Source of the DNA: Chrysemys picta bellii
Taxonomy: Eukaryota
NCBI RefSeq assembly: GCF_011386835.1
Contig: NC_088803.1
Location: 11,656,001 to 11,720,000 of the forward strand
DNA length: 64,000 nucleotides
Direction: 5' to 3'
The position numbers and the translations under genes are program-made. Below the pieces are notes generated by a model, which saw only the letters and a list, made by a program, of their open reading frames with translations, searched no databases and was not told where the DNA came from. The number at the start of each line of letters is the position of its first letter. Within the stretch, counting starts at the first letter, position 1. Positions 1 through 11,705 of this stretch are shown one piece after another.

Positions 1-594
1 CCTTGTACACTGGGCTGGATGGCTTTATTGGACCGGCAAAATGTTATCCCCAGCTTCAACATCTTCTAGCAGGCCTATGCAAGTGTCTAGAACTCTGGCA
101 TTGAAAGGAGGGCACATTCTGGGGTGGGGTAATTGGTGCTAGTGGAAATGTAAGCTGGTTAAGTTTCATTCACTGCTGAAAACTGTATTTATTAATTGAT
201 TTATTGAAGTGCCTCCCGCTGATTTAAATTGGTTGTGACATTTTTAATTAATCTCAGCCTGTTATATCACATTTTCTTAAATTGTTAGATAAAGGTGTGT
301 TTACTCTAATCTAAGTGTATATCGGGTGTTTATAATCAGTGCCTTGAGTAAGACCCATTGCATAGATTAGCTCAGGTTTATTCCTGGAGATTCCCAAGGT
401 ATGTCATTGAGTGGATACAGGACCCAGCCCAGTGGAGGAACCACCAAGATTCTATCTTTGCTGGTTTGTGGGTTTCACTGAGCCTTATATACAACATTGT
501 CTCAGTACTAAACAACATTTTTATTAAAAAAAATAGAACAACATAAAATTAAGACAGCTCACATTAAATGCATTAAAAACTAGCTAATTGTTAG

Positions 595-1707
595 ATCACA
601 AAATGCAACTGTAAACAGGGAATCATCATTGAGTGGGAGTGTGTCTAACAGGGTCCTATAGGTATCAGTACTTAGCCTTTCACTAGTCAAGATTTTCATC
701 AATTACCTGGATTATATTTGTAGGTGACACAAAAGTTAGGGCTGTATAAAATAATGAAGCTGATAGGTCACTGATTCTGAGTGATCTGAATTGCTTGGTT
801 AACTGTGAACAAGCATACAATTGGCTTTTTAATCCGGCTACATGTAAATGTATGCATCTAGGAAGAATGAATGCAGGCCACACTTACAGCATGGGGGACT
901 CTATCCTGGGAAACAGTGACTCTGGAAAACATTTGAGGGTTGTAGTAGAAAATAAGGTGAACATGAGCTCTCAGTGCAATGCTTTGGCCCAAACAGCTAA
1001 TTCCATCCTGTGATGCATAAACAGGGGAATCTCAAGTAGGAGTAGAGGGGTTATTTCACCATTGTATTTGCTGTGGTGTAACCACTGCTGAAATGCTAAC
1101 AGAGGGTCCTGTGGCACCTTTAAGACTAACAGAAGGACTTAAAGGTGCCACAGGACCCTCTGTTACTTTTTAGAGATTCAGACTAACACGGCTATCCCTC
1201 TGATGCTGAAATGCTGTCTACTTCTTCTGTCCACGGTTCAAGAAGGTTACTGATAAATTTGAGAGGTTTCAGAGAAGAGCCATGAAAATGATTAAAGGAT
1301 TAGAAAATCTGCCTCACAGTGATGGACTGAAGGAGCTCAATCTATTTTGCTTTAGAAAGAGAAAATTAAGAGGTGACTTGATTACAGTGTATAAGTATCT
1401 ACATAGAGAACAAATATTTTAATAATGGGCTCTTCAATTTAGAAGAAAAAGATATAACATGATGGAATGGCTGAAAATTAAAGCTAGACAAATTCAGACC
1501 CAAAGTAGGGCATACACTACCCATTGGAACAATTAACCAAGGGTCATGGTGGATTCTCCCTCACTGACCATTTTAAAATCAAGATTGGATGTTTTTCGAA
1601 AAGATCTGTTCTAGGAATTATTTTGGGGACGTTCTGTGGACTGTGTCATACAGGAGGTCAGATGAGGTGATCACAATGGTCCTGTCTGTCATTGGAATCT
1701 ATGAATC
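595..1707 (+). mobile_element. CR1 LINE 3' fragment (decayed ORF2 C-terminus and tail)
   Basis: Translates to CR1-like CKCMHLGRMN and VENKVNMSSQC; ends in tctatgaatc; interrupted by a Penelope-like insert at 1098-1203. Confidence 0.85.
1098..1203. mobile_element. Penelope-like mini insertion with inverted 5' segment
   Basis: aacagagggtcctgtggcacctttaag at 1098 is inverted at 1138-1164; 12-bp TSD tgctgaaatgct at 1086 and 1204. Confidence 0.75.
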
Positions 1708-2533
1708 CAGATGCCTAGAGAGAGGCCACGTTGCTCACACCCAGAGCCTTACAAGCAGGCATCTAGGGTACATTGACATCAAGAAACTGAGCTGCCTACA
1801 GGGCTTTGCGAACACCAGTGGTAGCTAAATCTGGGATTTAGGCACCTAAAGTAGCATTTAGGCACCATACTCTATTTGTGAATCTAACCCTAACCCTTCC
1901 TCACAATGAGGATATGAGTTGTGGGGTAATGTTTCCATTGACGTGCATTAAAGGCCAGACTTGCAAAGGATTCAGGTCATTCAGGTGCCTAACTCTGAGT
2001 CAAGTCAATGGGAATTAGGCACGTACATACCTTGATAAACATGGGCCTGGCTGCCTAAGTCACTTTCAAAATTGGTACTTAAGCTTGTAAATCACTTAGA
2101 TGTTTAGAAAATTATATAGATTAGATTGATTAGAAAATTTTACCCTTGATTAATTAGGAGCAGGTTCTGCCAATCTTGTTCACATTGAAAATAACGGAGC
2201 TTTTGTAGATGAAGATGCTATTAATTGTTTTTAAGAATCTTTCCTTTGATGTTGTGAAGTTGCCATTTGTCAAAGGTAGCATGGGCTCAGTCCTGTAATT
2301 GTGATGTGATGCAACGATCCTGCCATTTCCCTTGGGTGGGAATTGTGTGCACTCAATGGCATTTGGCTGGAGGCGTCCTGCATTTGGACCAAACTATGAG
2401 GCCTTTGCTTGGTTATGAGAGGTGGAATTTCGAAAGGTGCCTACAGGATTTAGGACTTTAACACACAACCAAAGATGCAAATATTCTGTGCCAAATTGTA
2501 CTCCTATTGAAGTCAACTATTTGGTATTGATTT

Positions 2534-2718
2534 TAATGGGAGGAAGACACTGCCTGAATAGATATGATATGGCTTCATATAATGGGGTATTTGAGGTGAA
2601 TCAAAGACCAGGTCCCCAGGGTTTCTAAAGAAGCTGTTAAATTTTCAGATTCCTTCTGATACTGAATTTGTTGTTGATCACAGAAAGGAGATGAATGTGG
2701 CCTGCGGAAGAGGTGAGA
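2534..2718 (+). promoter_or_regulatory. Candidate promoter and non-coding first exon of the OR at 5159
   Basis: TAATGG at 2534 and 2580, O/E-like TCCCCAGGG at 2613, donor AG|GTGAGA at 2713. All are positionally conserved at 16167-16352. Confidence 0.6.
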
Positions 2719-3804
2719 AATTTCTTGTTTTGACTATATTTCCTTTGGATTCTTCTAAATGTTCTGAATCTAGATGAGTCTCCTTAAATTCCTATTATTT
2801 CTTGAACTGAAATGTGCTCTGTTTTAAAGTTCCAAGCACAGATATTCAACTGCGTGCAAAATCACAAGTGACTGTATTGCAGGTAATAGTAGAACAGTTT
2901 TCCACCGGAAAATGCTGATTTGATTAAATCAAAACCTTTACATTGCAACGTATTGATTCTGTCTAAATTTGGATAGGACATTATCAGCAAGTTTTGGCTA
3001 TTTTATTCAATTCAAAATGATTACATGGGAAGATATCATTCAAATATACATTCAAATGAAATATTGTTAGATGATTGAAATGAAACATTTCATCATGTAT
3101 TCATAAGATTCCAACAAAATAGTTTTGGAATAAATAATTTTGTAAAATAAAATCAGATATTTTGCCTTTTCATCCTGGTTTGTGATTAAATTAAATTTTG
3201 AAATCTTTGTATTTACCATGGGGCATAAATTCTGTTTTTTGATCAAATATAGTTAATAATATGAAAACTCTGATCTCACTTAATTGAGTTTACACTGATG
3301 GAACTATGTGGACTTCAATGAAATGACTGTGTACATCAGAAGATGATCTGATAGGGTAGATGTTTAGCTACCACAGCTTTCCTCCTATTTTTCACTGGCG
3401 TAATTTGCATTAATTGCAATGAGTTTCACAGGGATAAGAGAGAGGAGAACCATGACCTAAATAACTGTAATTTGACAAAGAGACTTAGGAGACTGTCAAA
3501 ATATTTATTCAGTAATAATTCATTATTGGACTTTTGATGAAGACTCAGGGTGCAATTTTAGTGATGAGCAGGTCTCAAATACAAATAAAATAAAATGCAA
3601 ATAAAAATTGCACTCAATAAAAACTGATTCCCATATATATACACATTCAAGAGGACAATAATTTTTACAATCATTATCTAAATGGTTTACATAAGGAGAG
3701 ACATGTGTTCTCATCTTCCTTACCATAATGTAATGTTACTGCAACTCATTTGGCTCCAATAAAGCTACTGCTGATTTATCATAGTATAATTAAGCTTAAG
3801 AAAG

Positions 3805-4290
3805 GGACAACTAATGGGGGAAATGTTAGACTTCTATCAAATCATGAATGGTGTGGAGAAAATGAAAAGAGAAGTCTTATTTACTCATTTGCATAACATG
3901 ACAAACCAGGGGTAACTCAATAAAATTAATAGGCAGCATGTTTAAGACAAGCATAAGGAATTATTTCTTCATATGTACACAGTGATCGTGTGGAACTTAT
4001 TGCCAGGGATGTTGTGAAGATCAAAAGTATAACTGGGTTAAAAAAAGAATTAGATAAGTCCATCAATAGCTATTATCAAAGATAGCCAAGGACACAACCC
4101 CATGCTCTGGGTGTCCCTAAGTTTCTAACTATCAGAAGCCGGGACTGGATGAGAGGGGATGGATCACTCATTAATGACTCTGAACTTGTTCATCCCCTTT
4201 GAATCATCTTACACCGTCCACTGTCAGAAGACAAGATACTGGGCTAGATGGACCATTGGTTTGATTCCGGGTGAGCACCCTTACTTTCTG
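3805..4290 (+). mobile_element. CR1 LINE 3' fragment
   Basis: Homologous to the CR1 3' ends at 20080, 28064 and 45318 (gggctagatggaccattggt; gaattagataagtcc). Confidence 0.8.
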
Positions 4291-4508
4291 AAGTAAGAGT
4301 AGAATTGGTGAAATGAAGAGGATTAATAAAGTTTTATGATATGGGGAAAAGGGGAAGATTAATGGGTAGATAAAATGGGGCACAAACAGAGGTGGAGGGA
4401 TGAAGAAAGGGAGGACAAAGTAAATCAGATCAGGATTACTGGCACTGAAGTCAATGGACTGTTATTGGTTTCGTGGAGAAGAGAGGAGAAACAGGCCATT
4501 AGATTATA

Positions 4509-4512
<4 letters not shown>

Positions 4513-4546
<34 letters not shown>
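4513..4546 (+). repeat. (TG)17 microsatellite
   Basis: Perfect dinucleotide run. Confidence 0.95.
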
Positions 4547-4548
<2 letters not shown>

Positions 4549-5158
4549 ATAGAGTAGCACAGTGAATAGCATAACCCCTACACGTGCTTTTCATATAGAC
4601 AGTTGGAATAGCAATGCAGTGAAATTACGATAAACCCGTCCATATGCTCAGTTGAAGTATATTGGCGCAGCTTCCCAGATTGTTCCACATTCCCGTTGAG
4701 AATAAAATAAATGGTGATATATTATTTTAACATACATGTTCCAAGAAACTTGAGTGCAGATGTTGAAATTACTTACACTAGTGTAACTCTATTGAACCTG
4801 ATTCTGGTTGCACCTCTGTTTTATATAATTATAAGGTCATTGATCCAAGTATTTTTTCTTCTGATGCTAGTATAGAACAGGTGCATTTCCACTGAGTTTA
4901 TTAACATACACTAATATAAAGCCAGCGATACTGAGGAAAGAATGGAAACCATTGACTTCAGTGAAGTTACTCTGGATTTACTGTGTTGTGATAAGATAAT
5001 TGGTCCAAAATGGTGGCCGGTCCTGATTCATATCAGACAGGCAGAGGTATGGTTCCATGGAGAGATAGGTGAAAGAACATAGATTAATAGATAAATAGAT
5101 AAATATATTTAATTCACTGTACCAAACTAATATGTAGTTTTTCTTTTTATTTCTCAAG

Positions 5159-6109
5159 ATGAAGTATGTTGATCGAGAAAAAATGAGAAATAAGACCTTC
5201 GTGACTGAGTTTGTCATACTTGGCTTCTCTAACCACACAGACGGGAATATCATTCTGTTTGTGGTGTTTCTATCCATATACATCATCACAGTGCTGGGCA
5301 ACATCCTCATAATCATTGCCATAAGTGTTGATCCGGCCCTTCACACCCCCATGTATTTCTTTCTCAGGAACTTGTCCTTCCTGGAGATCTGCTACACCTC
5401 GGTCACTCTTCCCAAGATGCTGGCCAACCTCCTCTCAGAAGACAAAACCATCTCCTTTGCTGGTTGTGCTGTACAAATGTATTTCTTTCTATTCTTTGGT
5501 GGAACAGAGTGCTTCCTCCTAGCTGCTATGGCCTATGACCGCTACTGTGCCATATGCAACCCACTGCGCTACACGGCCATCATGAATAAGAGGGTTTGCA
5601 TCCAGCTGTCTGGTGGCTCATGGATCTGTGGCACGCTGGTGGCTCTGGAGCACACAGTCTTTATCTTCACACTTCCTTTTTGTGGATCCAATGTTATCAA
5701 CCACTTCTTGTGTGAGATCCAGCCGGTGCTGAAGCTGGTATGCGGGGACACCTACTGGAATGAGATCCAGATCATTGTGGGTGCTGCTGTCATCCTCATT
5801 CTGCCACTGTTGCTGATCCTGGTCTCCTACACCTGTGTCATCTCCACCATCCTTAAAATTAGGTCTGCTGAAGGCAGGCACAGAGCCTTCTCCACCTGCT
5901 CCTCACACCTCATTGTGGTGATGTTGTTCTATGGGATGGCCCTTATCATGTACGTGCGCCCCAAGTCCAGCTTCTCTCCAGATGTGAACAAGTTACTCTC
6001 TCTGTTCTACTCAGTGGTGACTCCAACCTTGAACCCCATTATCTACAGCCTCAGGAACAAGGAGGTGAAAGATGCCTTGCGGAAAACAGGCATGAAGATA
6101 TTCAGTTAA
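5159..6109 (+). CDS. Olfactory receptor, class II, family 10-like, intact 316 aa
   Basis: 7TM OR motifs: GN in TM1, [55 protein letters not shown]-glycosylation site NKT. Polypyrimidine tract and AG acceptor immediately before the ATG at 5159. Confidence 0.95.
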   Translation: MKYVDREKMRNKTFVTEFVILGFSNHTDGNIILFVVFLSIYIITVLGNILIIIAISVDPALHTPMYFFLRNLSFLEICYTSVTLPKMLANLLSEDKTISFAGCAVQMYFFLFFGGTECFLLAAMAYDRYCAICNPLRYTAIMNKRVCIQLSGGSWICGTLVALEHTVFIFTLPFCGSNVINHFLCEIQPVLKLVCGDTYWNEIQIIVGAAVILILPLLLILVSYTCVISTILKIRSAEGRHRAFSTCSSHLIVVMLFYGMALIMYVRPKSSFSPDVNKLLSLFYSVVTPTLNPIIYSLRNKEVKDALRKTGMKIFS

Positions 6110-6748
6110 GACAGAGATTATTGTCCTTCATCAGGTTTGTCATCCGTGGACTGTCTAAACTCTAATGGGACTTTACAGCTCTGAAGAGACCAAATGGCAT
6201 CTGAACTCTACAAAGAATTTCCCTTTATCAAACTGGTCAACCTGTTCTGAAGTATTGTATTTCCAGGAATTTTTTGATTAATATTTTGAATGTTGACAAA
6301 TCAAATGAGGAAAAATTATTTAATTTATTCATTTGAAATCTCCTTCAGGCCTTAAAAGCAATTAATTCTATTAAAATAAAGAAAAAGAAAGGAAAACTTT
6401 GAAATGTCATCTCTCCCCTTCCCATTGTTTGAGCAGCTCTAATCTGTAATTCAAGGATATCTGGATTTTATGAAAAAAGTCTTCCTTATTTTAATCAGAA
6501 CTGGTTGAAATTTCCCATATGACCTTTTTCTCCCAAAAGCTGATGATAGAAATGTGTGTTGGGTAAAGAAACTTTCATGGGACATCCAAGGTCTAAGAGT
6601 AAATTTGCATTGTTGGTGTGATTCTTGCCAGGGCAATCCAGGGTTGCTTATAGTGAAATCAAATGTAAGTTTATTAAATAAAGCACAGATATTCGAATGA
6701 TAGTAGGCAGAAGCAATGGAAACCAATGGTTACATATAAAATCATAAC

Positions 6749-7285
6749 TGTGATGTAGAAACCCCACACTGGACAAGAAGGGGTTAAGGGATTATTTTGG
6801 GCTGAACCCGTGCCCCCCTCCCGGTTCCACATGCAGCAAATGCTCCATCTGCTGGAGGCATTAAAAACTGGGAATTAACTCATTTGAGTAGCAGAGCTGG
6901 AGGTGAGCAGCCCTGCAGCCCACAGCTCCAGCAGCGCAGAGCAGAGGGAAGCCTAAAGGCTCTCACACAACTGCCCAAAGGGGCCCTCCCTGAGGGAAAG
7001 GAGGACCCACCCTAGAGACAACCAGAGAGGGAAGTATTCTGTGGATCTTGGACATTGGTAACCCTCTCTTCTTTTGGTTTGGATTTCCCCACCAGGGGAA
7101 AGCCTTGGACGAAACTGGCCCCGGGGCAGGGGGGACAAACGAGAGGTTGCCAGGGCCCAGGATTGGAGCACAGTGGAGTGGGAGGACTCGGGCTCTTCTC
7201 CCCACAATCCCTTTGGCAGTCAGCAGTTGCAGCTATGACCACTAGGCCGTGCTCCCCAACCAATCCCTGAGTGAGGACTATTACT
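6749..7285. mobile_element. Putative solo LTR
   Basis: GC-rich block starting TGT, absent from the paralogous OR10 unit. Possible 4-bp TSD taac at 6745/7286 if the terminal ACA mutated to ACT. Confidence 0.4.
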
Positions 7286-7319
7286 TAACACACCTTCTAG
7301 AGCCTAGATTTAATTAAGA

Positions 7320-7373
7320 ACAGCCTCAGGAACAAGGAGGTGAAAGATGCTTTCAAGAAAACAGGGATGAAGA
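7320..7373 (+). pseudogene. Isolated ~54-bp fragment of the 3' end of an OR10-like CDS ([10 protein letters not shown]...)
   Basis: acagcctcaggaacaaggaggtgaaagatgc is identical to 6045-6075; about 5 mismatches in the remaining ~23 nt. Confidence 0.85.
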
Positions 7374-7550
7374 CTGGCCAGAGACAGGACACTAAACAGG
7401 GAGGGCTCTGAGTTACTACAGAGAATTCTTTCCCAGGTAGCTGCCTGATGGGTCTTGCCCACATGCTAAGGGTCTAACTGATCACCATATTTGGGGTCAG
7501 GAAGGAATTTTCCTCCAGGTCAGATTGGCAGAGCCCCTGGGTTTTTTTCC

Positions 7551-7870
7551 GAGTGGTAGCCATGTTAGTCTGTATCAGCAAAAATAATGAGGAGTCCTTG
7601 TGGCACCTTAGAGACTAACACATTTATTTGGGCATAAGCTTTCGTGGGCTAAAACCCACTTCATCAGCTGTATGGAGTGAAAAATACAGTAAGCAGTATA
7701 TATATTACAGCACATGAAAAGATGCTAGTTGCCTTACCAAGTCTGTGGGGGGGGAGGGGTCAGTGCTAACGAGGCCAATTTGATCAAGGTGGAAGTGGTC
7801 TATTCTCAACAGTTGACAAGAAGGTGTGAGGTATCAACAGAGGGAAAATTACTTTTTGTAGTGACCCAGC
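7551..7870 (-). mobile_element. Penelope-like element 3' end containing a hammerhead motif
   Basis: gagtggtagccatgttagtctgtatc...gtggcaccttagagactaac terminus shared with 16843 and 53517; inserted in a T-run of a CR1 UTR. Confidence 0.75.
7632..7673 (-). ncRNA. Minimal type-I hammerhead ribozyme motif, canonical core, stem I partly mutated
   Basis: Minus strand: acag CUGAUGA A GUGGGU uuua GCCCAC GAAA GCUU AUGC. Confidence 0.7.
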
Positions 7871-8924
7871 CACTTTTTTCGCCTTCCTCAGCATGGGGCC
7901 TGGGTCACTTGGAAGCTTAAACTAGTGTAAATGGTGAATTCACTGTAACTTCAAGCTTTTAAACCATGATTTGAGAATTTCAGTAACTCAGCCTGAGGTT
8001 AGGGGTCTCTTATAGGAGTGGGTGGATGAGGTTCTGTGGCCTGCAATATGCAGGAGTTCAGACTAGATGATCATGATGGCCCTTTCTGACCTTATAGTCT
8101 ATGAGTCTATGAGTCTATAGACCTTGAGTCTATGAGTAACAACGTACTCCCCCGTCTAATAAAGTATAACTCTCCAGCACTTTACAGCCAGGCTGGCTGT
8201 AACCTCCTGTTTCATGAGACAAAACACAACGTTGGCTTGTCTCCTCAGGGAAGGATACAGGGAATGTTTTTGCACCCCTAGATATATCGAACTGCCCTTT
8301 GTTCTGTATTCATAAACAAGAGGCCCTCCTGCTGATTGATTATTCCTGTATATTTGCTTTCTTGTAGATATCACAATCTCTTAATCAGCACTTGGCTCTG
8401 TATGCAAATAAGCTAACATTATGAGGCAGACAGTATACAATGTACACATGACTAGACAGGAAGATAAGCATCTGTTACCAACTGCCTGAAGGGCCCATGT
8501 CCTAGGTGTGTCACCTCCTGGTTTCCTTAACTTCAAGACCTTGAGAACATCATTTCCAGTATAGATGCATACATTTTTAAATATTAGCCATCCATGCATT
8601 TCACAATACTTATGATGACCACAGGGCTACGTACATGCCACCCTTTGGCGAACTAATATGCAGATATCTGACCTAATGAATACCTGAATAAACCTCTGCC
8701 CCACCTGTCCATGCCCTCTGAAAGTTAGCAACAAGAGGTTGCTGGTTCATAGTTGGTCAGCTTATTTTTATGATTGTGTGGTCCTGGGACATGAAAAATC
8801 CTTCATTGCAGGATCTTTCCCCCCCTGGGGAATTCATTATTAGTCAAAGGTTCATCCAGTATTATGAGTTTTTCTCCTTCTGAGAAGGCCTAAGTTGTAG
8901 GCACCTAGAAAATCATTGGGATTC

Positions 8925-10115
8925 ACAGAGCCTGGGTTAGGGGCCCAGACTCCCTGTGCAATGAGTGGAGGGGAATAGGCACCAAATAATAGGATCCATA
9001 AAAGCCAGAATGGTGAGTTGGGAACTGCCTAAACTAGCTAATTGGAGATGCCGAGTTGAGGGGTGTGTGCTAGGCCTTGTCCCTCAACAGGAGTTCGGCG
9101 ACAAAGTCCAGGCTGAAGAGAGGTGCCTACCATGGCTTGGATTCCACAACCAGGAAGCCCTCTCCTAGAGTTAGGTGCCTATGGGGTTTCTCACAAAAAA
9201 AACTAAAACCAATACAAAAAACAGCAATGGAGGAGGAGGTGGTGCAGGAGGAGCTGTCTCAGAACCTTTAGCTCAGTGGCTAGGGCATTCACATGGGATG
9301 TGGGAGACCCCCTGCAGTTTGGTTCTCCATCTGTCTGATGAGGAGAAGGGATTTGTATCAGGGTTTCTCACATCACAAGTGACGGTCATAACCCCCGGTT
9401 ACAGGATATCCTGATGTGGGGCTCCCTCAGTCTCTCCTGTTGGAGCTGTTCCATTTGAATAAACAACTAAAAAGTCATTGGAGCAGGGGGACAGGAACTC
9501 AGGGCTCTCAGCTTCCAGGGGATTACGCTAACCCCACACAGGAGAGTCAGTCTCACACACTCTCTGCCCCAACGAATATTCATGCATTTAACCAAAGTGA
9601 AAGAGCTTCAACAGGAGAGACAGAAGCGACCCCATACTGGAATATCTCATAGGCATTCACATGAGAGAAAGGGAACCCCTGTTCAATTCCCATCTGTTTG
9701 TGAGACTGGGGTGGGGACTGGAACAGGGATGTTCCCCATCCCAAGTGGGTATCCTAACCACTAGACTAAAAATTATGAAGGATGTCCTCATCCTTAGCTG
9801 TTTTTTTGTGGAGTTAGGTGCCTACTGAGCATGCCTACTGGATTAGGCCCCAGAAGCGAGACTGGCAGAGAAATTCTTATCTTCCTCTGGTTGGTGGATT
9901 ACACTGGGGCCTTACGCATCCAGATGCCTAGAGTGAGGCTCAGAGGCCAAAAAAATAGGCACCTAGGGAAATTTTAAACCAAAAACTTAGGTGCCAAGTG
10001 AGTATTGTGATCTACAGGGTGTGGCAGCAGCTGAGTGGGGGTTTTGTGAATAGCAGTGGCACCTAAATCTAGGAATTAGGCACCTAAAGTTTCAGTTAGG
10101 TATCTGAGTTCCTTT
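8925..10115. mobile_element. Degenerate fold-back non-autonomous element with repeated TTAGG(C/T)RCCTAA palindromes and tRNA A-box-like modules
   Basis: aggcacct/aggtgcct motifs near 8900, 8978, 9174, 9816, 9959, 9989 and 10079. TAGCTCAGTGG at 9269; inverted A-box-like motif at 9758-9768. Boundaries approximate. Confidence 0.45.
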
Positions 10116-10829
10116 GTGAGTCTTACCCTAACTCTTGCTTACAAGGAATATATGAGTCTCGGGCTAATGTTTTCATGGTCCCATTGAGTTTCTATAAGTG
10201 TCAGATTTTCAAAAGTAGTCAGGCAGCTAACTCGCATTCCAGTCAGTGAGATTTAGGCACATAAATACTTTTAAAAACATGGCTTAGGTGCCTACAGTTG
10301 TCTTTACACTGGTGCATATACTCGGTTACTAGATCATGTACATGCTAGTGCATGTTCCCCATACCCATGTCAATACTCCACATATGCTGGGATGGACATG
10401 GGTATAATGCTGTGTACATACATGTATAGCTGTATGTCCACAGCTGTTTTTAGGCAAGTATAACACTACCATTTCAGGGGTATCCCAGGGTTCTGAGTGT
10501 CAGAGGTGACTCTCTAGGACATGACTTGCTGTGCTTTGTTGGCTCTGTGGTCTGCCTTCACACATTTTCCAATGGGTGTTCCTGACCAGCTCTCCCTCCT
10601 TCCTAGCTTTGTGGTAGACATGGAGCAATCAGATGATGATCTGGTTCTGCGCCGGGTTCCTATTGCAGGATATGTGTTTATGGGGCAGTGTATGTGATCA
10701 TCAAGATGTTGGATGAAATCTTGGCAGAACTTTCTGATATTCCAAAAATGGCTGACAATCCATGTGGGAACCATGGATCGGATATGGTAAATGCCGGCAT
10801 TGCCATGGCATGCTCATGGGTGGACCCAG

Positions 10830-11705
10830 TGCTTCTAGTGCAGGAGAACCAGCTCAGTGTCCTGGGATCCCATGGTTCTTGAAACCTGGGATGATGAGCA
10901 GTGGCTTCAGAGCTTCTGTATGAGGAAGCAGATCTGTGTGGAGCGGTGTAATGTGCTTACAAGAACACTCAATTTAGGAAAGCCATAGTGGTGCAGAAGT
11001 GGGCGGCTCTTGCTTTCTGAAAACTAACAACACCAGACAGCAATTGTTCAGTTGCAAACCACTTTGGGGTTGGGAAGCCCACTGTCAGGGCTGTGGTTGG
11101 GCAGGTTTGCGAGGCAATGAACACTGTGATGTTCCCACGGGTGTTTGTCAAAATCAAAGTTCTGTAAATAATAGCTGGACTTGACAGGATGAGGTTTCTG
11201 AATGGTGCAGGGTCCATTGATGGCACCAACATCACCATATTTTGCCCATCAGAAGAGGTGAGTGAATATGTGAAGAGGTTACTAAAGACTTAGTGGACCA
11301 CAGAGGCAGATTTATGAATGGCAATGTGGAAAACACTGGAAAGGTTCAAAATGCCCCATTGCGGAGGAGATCAGGATTGTAGTTGATGGGGGAAAGAAGG
11401 GACTTTATTCCCTGGAAACAACATGATTCTCTAGGGTTTGTCTGTGACAATAGTTATTTTGTGGACCCTGCAAACCTGCTTCTAACTTAGTTCAAGAAAC
11501 CAAAACCTGCCATCCTGGAAACAAAACCCCATGGAAAAAGGAGGGAATTCAATTACAAATTCAATAGCCACAGAATGGTTGTGTAGTGCAGGTTTGGCAG
11601 GTTGAAAGCTCATTGGCGCTGCCTGCACTCCTGTCTGGAGGCCAATGCAGCCAATGCCATTCACATAATCATCACCTGCTTCATGCTGCATGAGTTGTGT
11701 GAGGG
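10830..11705 (+). mobile_element. PIF/Harbinger transposase relic (stops and frameshifts)
   Basis: Hand translation gives WDDEQWLQSFCMRK, KLTTPDSNCSVANHFGVGKPTV, GSIDGT, VDHRGRF...GKVQNA and FGRLKAHWRCL...CFMLHELCE, matching the HARBI1/Harbinger DDE pattern. Confidence 0.8.

Larger units (their letters stand above)
2085..6720 (+). repeat. Old segmental duplication unit (OR10-like gene plus flanks), paralogous to ~15735-19770
   Basis: Collinear non-coding blocks, e.g. 2140-2300 vs 15755-15920, 2530-2830 vs 16160-16470, 4330-4950 vs 17650-18240. Confidence 0.85.
7375..8136 (+). mobile_element. CR1 LINE 3' UTR fragment with (tctatgag)n tail
   Basis: Collinear with 14725-15089; split by a Penelope-like insert at 7551-7870. 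Confidence 0.8.

Noticed and set aside
4978-5881. Minus-strand ORFs overlapping OR genes (similarly 18807-19119, 31150-31509, 47281-48142)
   Set aside because: These are antisense or alternate-frame shadows of OR codon usage, with no independent protein features.
8140-8735. Possible LTR fragment (also ~35400-36000 and 44690-45315)
   Set aside because: Composition is suggestive, but no reliable termini or TSD were found.
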